Assembly: GCA_000388065.2 (NCBI GenBank)
Contig: KB932203.1
Origin: Fonticula alba ATCC 38817
Lineage: Eukaryota > Protista > Nucleariida
Direction: 5' to 3' (one strand)
DNA length: 10,572 nucleotides
Every line of letters starts with the position of its first letter. The first letter of the stretch is position 1. Below are positions 1 through 8,122 of this stretch, one piece after another. The notes below the pieces were generated by a model. It was given only the letters and a program-made list of their open reading frames with translations. It was not told the DNA's origin and made no database searches. A program made the position numbers and the translations under genes.

Positions 1-210
1 CATCACTTGCCGGGCTGGAGTCGGTGCTGCATGCGCCCGCCGCCCCCCGGGCCTGGGCTGCCTGGCCATCTCTGTCAGCCTGGCCGCGGCCGGTCGGCCG
101 CACGTTCATGCCCAGTGGAAGGGGGGACCGGCGCAGCGGACCGAGCAGGCGCGATGGAGACGAACAGGCCCCCCTTCCCCCGCCCAGCCGCCCCACACCC
201 GGAGCCAACT

Positions 211-234
211 CCCCCCCCCCCCCCCCCCCCCCCC
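211..234 (+). repeat. C24 homopolymer
   Basis: 24 consecutive C, followed by GCCAG. Confidence 0.9.
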
Positions 235-1110
235 GCCAGGCGCCTGAACAAGGGTCTAGCAAGTGGTGGTGGGCACGCTCTTCACTCCGACGCGGGGCGC
301 AGCGGGAGGTCCCTGGCAACAATGATGAGCACCTCCGGCGCTCGCAACATCCGGCCAGCCGGCCGCGCCCGGGCGTGACAAGAAGTTCGCCGCCGGCCGC
401 CGGCCACCCTGGTGTGTAGACGCCCACCCCGGGCCCGGCCTCGCTGCTATACTGGTCCGAGGTGAGGACGCGCACGCACGAGGGTTGAGTTTCTTGCGAC
501 CACCGCCGCCTTCTGAGTCAATCGCAGACGCTGGCGCACGCAGCCCGTCCGCCCGTCCCCCACCCCAACTGCGCTGATGGGGGGCGCTGTCCTGGGCAAG
601 GCTTCGCCGAAGGCGGGGGCAGCTCAGCTGGAGGGGTGTTGCTTGGGAACTCGGCGAGCGCCGGGCCCTGTGCCCCCCCACCTTAGCCCCCTCTGCCTGT
701 GGGCATGCCCGGGCGATGATTCATCCTTAATATCCCCCGGGCCGTTCTCCTTACTCCGCGCGCGGGCTCATGCACATATCCGCCTGCGCGTGTGGGGACG
801 TACACCAACACATCCCCGCCCGGCCCTCCCCCCCCCAGGGGCGGGGGGGGGGGGAGGGGCGGCGGCCAGGCCGGCCATGTTCCATCCCCCTCCGCCTCTC
901 GGGGGCAGATATGCGCCACACACACACACACGTTCCTGGGGATGGCCTCTACGATGAACGAACACCGCCTCTTGGGGGAGCTGGGGGGGGGGACAGCGCG
1001 GCGGTTGCCGGCACATTGCGTGCACTCACTAGCGCCCCTGACCAGCAACGCCCTTTTTACGGGCTCCCCCCCCCCCGGCCCTTCACGCCCCTCTGCCGGG
1101 CCGGGCCGGG

Positions 1111-1450
1111 NNNNNNNNNNNNNNNNNNNNNNNNNNNNNNNNNNNNNNNNNNNNNNNNNNNNNNNNNNNNNNNNNNNNNNNNNNNNNNNNNNNNNNNNNN
1201 NNNNNNNNNNNNNNNNNNNNNNNNNNNNNNNNNNNNNNNNNNNNNNNNNNNNNNNNNNNNNNNNNNNNNNNNNNNNNNNNNNNNNNNNNNNNNNNNNNNN
1301 NNNNNNNNNNNNNNNNNNNNNNNNNNNNNNNNNNNNNNNNNNNNNNNNNNNNNNNNNNNNNNNNNNNNNNNNNNNNNNNNNNNNNNNNNNNNNNNNNNNN
1401 NNNNNNNNNNNNNNNNNNNNNNNNNNNNNNNNNNNNNNNNNNNNNNNNNN
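1111..1450. other. Assembly gap (340 N)
   Basis: Run of N; the right flank starts with a C-run. Confidence 0.99.
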
Positions 1451-2032
1451 CCCCCCCCGCCCCCCCCGCCCCGGCCTCGCTCTGCCCGCCAAGGTTCCCG
1501 AGTTCCCCCTCGCCCCCCCGAGGGGGGAGACGCCCGGTTGCCCGGGGGGCGCCGCAAATATGCGCGATCGGGTGCTCGTCTTTTCGGTATTCGCCACGGG
1601 CCCCTCTCCCCCGGACACTGGCCACAGGGGCGGAAGAGGGGGCCTTTACGGCCGGCGGAAGGCAACCTTCAGGGAACTCCCCCCGCCCCTAGCCGATTCC
1701 CCCCCCCCCGGTCGCCGGAGTGTACTGGCCGACTCTGGCCATCAGGTCCGACACAGGGTTTCACTTCGAACCAGGGGGTCCTCCCCGGACGCCCCTCCCC
1801 CCCTGCCGCCCTGCCGCCCTGCCCAGCGGAGGGCCGTGAATTAGCCCCGGCCAGGCTGGTCGCCTCCCACCGGGGGGCTGCCCACGGGCCCCTGCTCCTG
1901 GCAGCCCTTGAGTCTTTTGCTTACGCACCTCCCCCACCCCCCCCCCCGTCACCATCGACCGCACCCGGGAAAGAACCAAACCGGAACTCGGCGCACACAT
2001 GCGAGGGGCGGGGACACCATGCAACGGAAATG

Positions 2033-2055
2033 CCCCCCCCCCCCCCCCCCCCCCC
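2033..2055 (+). repeat. C23 homopolymer
   Basis: 23 consecutive C. Confidence 0.9.
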
Positions 2056-2595
2056 GCCCACCCTCCGGCCAGGTGCCCTACGCAAACGGCGCGCCCCAGT
2101 CGAACCGGACCTCCAGGCACTGGATATGTCCCGGCGTCGGTCCCGGTGTAAGAATGCCCGTCGGCCCGCTCGCCGGACTACCGTCTGCCGGGCCAAGGGG
2201 GGCGGGCTGAAGAAGGGAATCCCCAAGATCGCCAGATCTCCCAGCCTCCCCCTGGCAGCCGAAGGTACCCGAAAGGCTCCGGAGAGGCCTTCCACCGATC
2301 TGGCCCTCGAGGCCGGTGTGCTTGCTCGGCCTTCTTTGAGCGCGTCGCCACGCCCATGGCCACTCGGCTGCCCGAGAGCCGCCGGCCCAACGAAGTGTGT
2401 GCTTGCTCCCGTACGGCATCCCCCCGGTGCCGAGCCCGGGCCGCCCTGCGGGGCAGGCAGGCAAGCCAGTCGTGTTGCCAAGTTCCCTGGCCGCCAATCG
2501 ACACTTCCCTGGCTCCCCCCCCCCACCTGGCCTCAGGGACTCTGTTTCCCTCGCTCTCCGGGGCGCGGTCCCCCCGCTGTGCTGGGAGGTGGCAC

Positions 2596-2630
2596 GCCGC
2601 CGCCGCCGCCGCCGCTGCCGCCGCCGCCGC
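2596..2630 (+). repeat. (GCC)n trinucleotide microsatellite
   Basis: (GCC)6 GCT (GCC)4 GC, about 340 nt upstream of the 7TM-RGS ATG. Confidence 0.85.
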
Positions 2631-2869
2631 ACTGCCACCAGCACCGCTGGCATGGGGGTACCCACACTCGGGACATCCTCCCGGATGCCGATTGCCGGCG
2701 GAGAGCCATTTTTTGGGCGGCCGGGTCGCCTTGGCCGACGCATTGCTCCAAGTGTCCCCCAAGACTGTCCCCACATTCCCCTCCCCTTGCACCCGCCGGG
2801 GCAAGCTTCCTCTCCTCCGCCGCCGCCTCCTCCTCCCCTTCTCCCTCTCGCCCGTCCTCTATCCCCCCG

Positions 2870-2894
2870 CCCCCCCCCCCCCCCCCCCCCCCCC
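2870..2894 (+). repeat. C25 homopolymer in a pyrimidine-rich tract upstream of the 7TM-RGS start
   Basis: 25 consecutive C within a C/T-rich stretch (~2755-2900). Confidence 0.9.
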
Positions 2895-2970
2895 TCGGGG
2901 ACCTGCCCTCCATCAGAGCCGCCCCGCGCCGCACCCCTGCCCAGCCGGCACCAGGGAGTGACAGACCACC

Positions 2971-5900
2971 ATGCACGCGGAGGTGGTCTTCCTCCTCACG
3001 GCCTTTGCCGTGTCCTTCCTCAGCCCAATTCCCTTCCTCCTGCGAACCAAACATGAGCCGGTCCGCTCGCGCGGGGCCTTCATCACCCTGCTGTCCACCG
3101 TCGGCGGGTCGGTGCATGTCCTGGCCATGGCCATCTCTCGCATGGAGGTCAACTGCATCTTTTCCGTCACCTCGGCCATTGCCTTCCCAATTCTGTGGAC
3201 CTGGGTGCGTGCTCCGCGCCCGGCAAGCTCGACAGCCACCCACTGCGCCCGGCTCCCAGCTCCCCTTGCTTCCTCTCCGCTCTTCGTCCCCGCCCCCGGT
3301 GCTAGCCATACTGACCGGCCATTCGACGCTGCGTCCAGCCCCAAGTCCTTCGTGGATTCAATGTCCATCTCCAGAACCAGTACCACCGGCTGCTGCTGAT
3401 GGAGGCCAATGAAGAGCGCGACCGCATCAAGATCCAGCGCCAATTCCGCCGGAACCAGTTCCTCCGTAGGTGGTACACCCCGATGGTCAATCTGACGGTC
3501 TACTGCATGATCATCGCCGTGCTGGTCGTCGCCGGGCTGACGTACCTCGGGACCAAGATCGACTGGCGCTTCGCCGACCACATCGGTGGCACCGACCACG
3601 ACTGCCTGGCCCAGACATTCATCTTCTCGGCCCTGGCCCTGGCCATCGTCGTGGCGGCCGTCGTTGCCCTTGTGTACCTCCTGCGCAATACGCCCGATAC
3701 GTACATGCAGCGCTTCGAACTTGGCGTACGTTGCTGCTGCTGCTGCTGCTGCCGCTGCTGCCGCTGCCGCCTGGACTGGTGGCACTGTTTGCTTGGGCGG
3801 AGGGGGGGAGAGAGAGAGAGAGAGAGAGAGAGAAGCAGCCTTCCCTCGCCCCGCACCCTATTTCCCCTGTGACTGACCCTGATCCCCTCTTGCGCGGTGC
3901 TCTGCCGGCATGCGCGCCGGGCCCAACACCCTCCACAGGTTATCCTGGGCCTCTCCTCGCTATTCATCATTGCCTGGATCGCCGCTCGCCTCGGGCATTT
4001 CATGTCACCGGTGATCCTGGTTGCGGCCGCCATCAGCGCAAACAACCTGATTGTCTCCTTCTTCCCGGTGTTCCTGTCCTTCCGACCCTTCTACCGCCAT
4101 ATGACGTACGCCTTTGGGCTCCTTCCTCCCCCCCCCCCTCCCCACCCCTCTCCGCCTGGCCATGTTCCTTCTCGGCGTGTCCGTCTCTCCTCCAGCTCCG
4201 GAGGTCCCTGTCTCGCACATCTTTCCGAGCCCTCTTCTCACCCTCACCCTCCTCTCACCCTCCCTCGCACGCGCACATATACACACAGCCGCATTAATCT
4301 CACCCGCGAGGAGATCGACCAGTTCATCCAGTCGCGGCTTTCCAACAGCTCAGGCGGCAGTGATGGCGAAAACCCGCTGTCCAGTGGCAGCTTCCGCGAT
4401 ACCATGTCCGACACCGGCGACACCGGCGACATCACCTCCGCCACGGACCCCGGGGCGATGGAGCTTCGCGAGCTGGGCGCCTCGGCCACCCCTGCCGAGG
4501 GCGGCTCGGCTAGCCCGCTGAAGCCCCGGCCGAAGTCCACCCGCCGTGGCAGCGGCCTGGATGTGGCTCCCAAGGTGCCGAAGGCCCAGCTTCGACAGAT
4601 GCGCTACAGCTACCGCTTCCTGGTGGCCACCGCCTCCAAAACCCACCTGCAGGATTTCCAGCACTTCTGCATGCGGTCCTGGTGTGCGGAAATCCTGTCC
4701 TTCGTCCGCCACATGGAGAAGCTACAAGCCTTCTCGGCCCAAATCCGCGACAAGAGTGACCGGCCGAAGTACCTCCGCGGCCTGGCGGCCCTGGACCCGG
4801 TGCGTGACCGGGGCTCGGCTGCAGTGGGATTCCGGCCACTTGCTCCTTCTCTCTCTCTCTCTCTTCAGCTCCTTCTGTGCCGACTCTCTCGCCCCCTCCC
4901 CTCGTCGCACTCGACTAACATGGATGCCTGTCCCCCCCCNNNNNNNNNNNNNNNNNNNNNNNNNNNNNNNNNNNNNNNNNNNNNNNNNNNNNNNNNNNNN
5001 NNNNNNNNNNNNNNNNNNNNNNNNNNNNNNNNNNNNNNNNNNNNNNNNNNNNNNNNNNNNNNNNNNNNNNNNNNNNNNNNNNNNNNNNNNNNNNNNNNNN
5101 NNCCCCCCCCCCCGGTGCTCCTCTGTGCATAGGCTCGACGCTTTGCAGAAGTCACTGCCGTCGTGGACCTCTTCATCCTGCCGGGATCGCCGTATGAGCT
5201 CAACCTCGATGACAAGACACGCTTCACCATCATCGAGCGTGCCGGGTTCGGGAATGTCGTGAGCAAGGGCGCCGAGGCCGGTGGGCTGTTTGGCAGTCGC
5301 ACGGGCCGGCGCTCTTCCGGCGCCAGCAAGACCGACTCCAACACCTCCCTGGATTCGGTGGGCTCCGGCAACACCTCCGGCGGGCAGTCGGCTTCGCCGA
5401 ATTTCTTCGACGAGCCGGCGGAGATGCACCCGGTGGTGGCCATCAGTGGGTCTCCTTCCACCAACCACATGTCCCTGCCGCGTGGGACAACCATGGGCAC
5501 CGGTGTGGCCTCCACCAGCGGCGGCCACTCGACCTTGTCCCTTCCACGTGGGGCGACCATGGCCACGGTGGCCGGGGCCCCGGCCGGTCGGCAATCGCTT
5601 GTTGGCGGGAGCTCGCTGCTCGGGGGGCCCTCGCGCCGGCGCGGCACCCAGACCGAGGTGGTCGATGTGCCGGCCGACATCTTCGATCAGGCATATGCTG
5701 ATGCCACCTTCCAGCTGAGCAATCTGGTCCGGACTTGGGCCATGACCACGACCGGCGTGCGCTTCTACCAGGAGGTCGACCAGCTGAACTTGCTGGAGGA
5801 ATATGCACGGGTGTCCGCCGCGGCCGCCGTGTCGACGACTGCCCTGCGCCGGGCGTCCGGCGCGGCCATCGGCTCGGTCACCAGCCTCGCCGCGTCGGAG

Positions 5901-6299
5901 GGCTTCGCCAACCCGATGATCCGGGGCGCGGCCCCGGCCTCCGATGCCACCAAGGAGAAAGAGTCATCTGCCACCGGCACGGAGGCTCGTCCCCCTCCTG
6001 CCGTGGCCGGCGACCCTGCGCACGAGGAGAAGGACGCCCCGCCATCCGGGGACAGTGCTGACTCCCTCCAGGAGGCCTCCTCTTCCGCCTCCTCCTCCTC
6101 CTCGACCACCGATGATCTGGGCCATGATTCGACCTCCTCGCTGCCGTACACCCCGCCGCTCAAGTCGCACTCGAGCGACCGTCTGGTCCTGAGCAAGAAG
6201 CAGCAGCTCGGCAGCCGGAGCAGCACGCTCGGCACGGCGACCCCGACCAGCCCGAGCATGGAGGCGCTCAAGGTGGCAGCTGGCATGTATACCAGCGAA

Positions 6300-6330
<31 letters not shown>

Positions 6331-7067
6331 CCGACGAGGCGGAGGAGGAGCAGGGGCCGGGAGAGCTGAGCAGCCGCCATGATGAGATCCTGACCGATGG
6401 CGAGGGTCCCGGCTCTGGCGCGTCGCCCACCCTCCCGGAACTGATCCTCCGCTCGCACTCGCGGACCGGGCCCTTGACGCCGACCGGCGCCGGGGGCGGG
6501 CTACCCAGCCCGCAGAGCTTCATCCTCAATCGCGGAGTTGGACTTTCCCCCCGGCCGTCACTATCTGGCCCGAGTGGCCATAGCCCCAGTCTGTCCACAG
6601 GGGGGGCCGGCGCCTCGCCAGATCAGCAGGCTCAGACCCAAGTGCTTCCGGCCGGCCTGGCCGAGGTGGTTCTCCTGCCCTCGCCGTCGCGCAGCTCGTC
6701 GCTGCTCCGCCGGCGCACCGGCGGCGAGGCCGGCCTTTCGTCACCCCTGTCTGGACCGTCGGAGGATGTGGAGCCGGGACGTGGGGAGCACCCAGTGACG
6801 GACCTGCAGCCGACCCTCCTGGATGCCGAGTCTGAGCCCCTTTCCTTCGGCGAAGACGATGAGGGCGACGTCATGGTGGACATCAGCGCCCTTCGTCAGG
6901 CGATGTTGATGCGGTCGGCCACCACGCCGGCCACTATCGGGGTCTTTGCCACGGCCTCCTCGCAGCATCTGCCCATTCATCAGAGCCACGAGTCTTCCGG
7001 CTCGGGGTCTTCCTCTTCAGTCTCCTCTTCGGTCTCCTCTTCCTCCGCCTCCGAGGATGATGATTAG
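2971..7067 (+). CDS. 7TM-RGS protein (seven-transmembrane receptor-like domain fused to a Regulator of G-protein Signalling domain), 5 exons, about 1077 aa
   Basis: Exons are 2971-3204, 3339-3725, 3939-4105, 4289-4799 and 5133-7067 (sum 3234 nt = 1077 aa + TAG). All four introns are GT..AG with consistent phases (0,0,2,0). The start context is ACCACC-ATG. The spliced protein has seven hydrophobic segments: VVFLLTAFAVSFLSPIPFLL; AFITLLSTVGGSVHVLAMAI; CIFSVTSAIAFPILWTWPQVL; MVNLTVYCMIIAVLVVAGLTYL; TFIFSALALAIVVAAVVALVYLL; LGVILGLSSLFIIAWIAARL; PVILVAAAISANNLIVSFFPVFLSF. RGS-like motifs follow: LQDFQHFCMRSWCAEILSF, DLFILPGSPYELNLDDKTR and DIFDQA. Intron 4 contains an N gap and the exact N-terminus is uncertain. 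Confidence 0.82.
3205..3338 (+). other. Intron 1 of 7TM-RGS gene (134 nt, phase 0)
   Basis: GTGCGT donor, branch-like ATACTGAC at 3308-3315, CCAG acceptor. The join gives FPILWTW|PQVLRG and switches into the frame carrying TM4-TM5. Confidence 0.8.
3733..3771 (+). repeat. (GCT/GCC)n microsatellite (intronic)
   Basis: (GCT)6 followed by mixed GCC/GCT units, immediately after the intron 2 donor. Confidence 0.85.
3809..3832 (+). repeat. (AG)12 microsatellite (intronic)
   Basis: 12 perfect AG units. Confidence 0.9.
4106..4288 (+). other. Intron 3 of 7TM-RGS gene (183 nt, phase 2)
   Basis: GTACGC donor, C/T-rich body including C11, ACACACAG acceptor. The join AC|C gives FYRHMT|RINLTREEIDQF. Confidence 0.75.
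4800..5132 (+). other. Intron 4 of 7TM-RGS gene (phase 0, contains assembly gap)
   Basis: GTGCGT donor, GACTAAC branch-like motif at 4913-4919, CATAG acceptor. The join gives GLAALDP|ARRFAEVTAVVDLFI. The gap prevents full verification. Confidence 0.65.
4940..5102. other. Assembly gap (163 N)
   Basis: Run of N flanked on both sides by C-runs (C8 and C11). Confidence 0.99.
6300..6329 (+). repeat. (GAT)10 coding microsatellite encoding poly-Asp
   Basis: 10 perfect GAT codons in frame (SEDDDDDDDDDDADEAEEE). Confidence 0.9.
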
Positions 7068-7398
7068 CTCCACAGTGGCTGATGACGGGCATGCCATCCC
7101 CCCCCCTCCTCCTTTGCTTCCCCCATTTCCTGCCTCACCCTTCCCCCTGGAGAGGAGGGGCGGAGGCGGAAGCAAGGCTGGCAATGTTCTGTCCAGCTTT
7201 GCGATCCTCCTGTCTTCCCCCCTGCGTTCTCCTTTTTTGTCCTTGACACTGCTGGCTGGAGGTCTGCTCCGCTCTCTTCCGTTTTCCCGATAGGCACCTC
7301 CTTCCTGTCCTCTCTCTCTCTCATTTTAGAGGGGAAATGTCCTTGAATTTTCCATCCCAATGGGTGACGACGCGCAAATGATGGAAGCCGGTGATGCC

Positions 7399-7420
7399 CG
7401 CGCGCGCGCGTGCGCGCGCG
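7399..7420. repeat. (CG)n alternating tract
   Basis: CGCGCGCGCGCGTGCGCGCGCG in the intergenic region. Confidence 0.8.
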
Positions 7421-7530
7421 GACAGGTGCGGCAGCGACTCGGACCAGTTCCTCCGACCATCATCGCGCCCGGCAAATGTCCTTGTCTGCTCCCCCCCCCC
7501 CCCTCCTCCCACCATGCGCCTGTCCCATCC

Positions 7531-7558
7531 ATATATATATATATACATACATATATAT
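7531..7558. repeat. (AT)n/(AC) microsatellite
   Basis: ATATATATATATATACATACATATATAT between the two stop codons. Confidence 0.85.
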
Positions 7559-7909
7559 GCGGATGGATGGATGTCACATGCGCTGCCCTTTTGCCCTCGC
7601 TCCTTCAGCCACCACCTCTTTTGTTGTTGTTTTTTCCCGGTGCCTCTTTTGTCCTTCCTCCCTCGCGCCCAAATACACATTCTTCACACTTAGAATCGCT
7701 GCCACCAGATGACCAGGCACGAGGAGATGGGAGAGCATGCACGCAGCAGAAGACAGGAGGAGGGAGTGGATATGTTGTGTCTACATGGAAGGGACCAGGG
7801 CCTGCCACACCAGGAAGGCCTCCCTCTCGCGCGCGCGTGCGCACACATGGCTGTGGGGGAACTTGAGCGCCGGTGCCTCGCGCTAAGAGGGCAGGAACAG
7901 ACGGCCCCC

Positions 7910-8082
7910 CTACTCGGTCAGGGCGACGGCATACATGGCCGCGACACCGAGGCCAATGAAAGCCACCTCACCGAGGGCCTGCATTAGGCGGGCGATGTTC
8001 TTGCCGGCGGTCGACCTGCCGGCCGGGTGCTCGAAGTCCTCGAAGAGGGTGGGCAGGATACCAACTGCCAGTCGTGTGCGTG

Positions 8083-8122
<40 letters not shown>

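Larger units (their letters stand above)
3726..3938 (+). other. Intron 2 of 7TM-RGS gene (213 nt, phase 0)
   Basis: GTACGT donor and ACAG acceptor. It contains microsatellites and an in-frame TGA (3870-3872). The join gives RFELG|VILGLSSLF. Confidence 0.85.
4611..5760 (+). other. RGS domain (split by intron 4 and a ~138-aa insertion)
   Basis: The pattern F-x-x-F-(x)5-A-E-I-L-x-F ... FI-x-x-x-SP-x-ELNL-x-x-x-x-R ... IFD-x-A matches the RGS-box helix 3-4, helix 5-6 and helix 7 signatures as recalled from RGS4-type proteins. Confidence 0.8.

Noticed and set aside
824-858. Perfect 13-bp GC hairpin (CCCTCCCCCCCCC / GGGGGGGGGAGGG)
   Set aside because: It is built from homopolymer runs that are abundant here, so chance pairing is likely. 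There is no U-tract or other context, and the DNA is eukaryotic.
1755-1780. GGTTCGAA on the minus strand resembling a tRNA T-loop or Pol III B-box
   Set aside because: No cloverleaf stems or A-box are present and the match to GGTTCGANNCC is incomplete.
474-1928. Minus-strand GTRCGT donor-like hexamers at 479, 803 and 1928 suggesting a third, minus-strand gene
   Set aside because: No phase-consistent exon chain or recognisable protein could be built. The sequence downstream of them lacks the sense-strand C-rich character of the true introns.
770-3412. 880-aa + strand ORF and the other long ORFs in 1-2960
   Set aside because: Several read through the 340-N gap. Translations are Pro/Arg/Gly-rich as expected from GC-rich non-coding DNA, include poly-Pro or poly-Gly from homopolymers, and show no family motif.
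5146-5148. Alternative CAG acceptor for intron 4
   Set aside because: It is out of phase with the donor at 4800. The TAG at 5130-5132 keeps the frame and restores the helix preceding DLFI.
2913-6883. Antisense ORFs overlapping the 7TM-RGS gene (e.g. 2913-3785, 4722-5594, 5765-6598)
   Set aside because: These are typical shadow ORFs of GC3-rich coding sequence, with no independent motifs.
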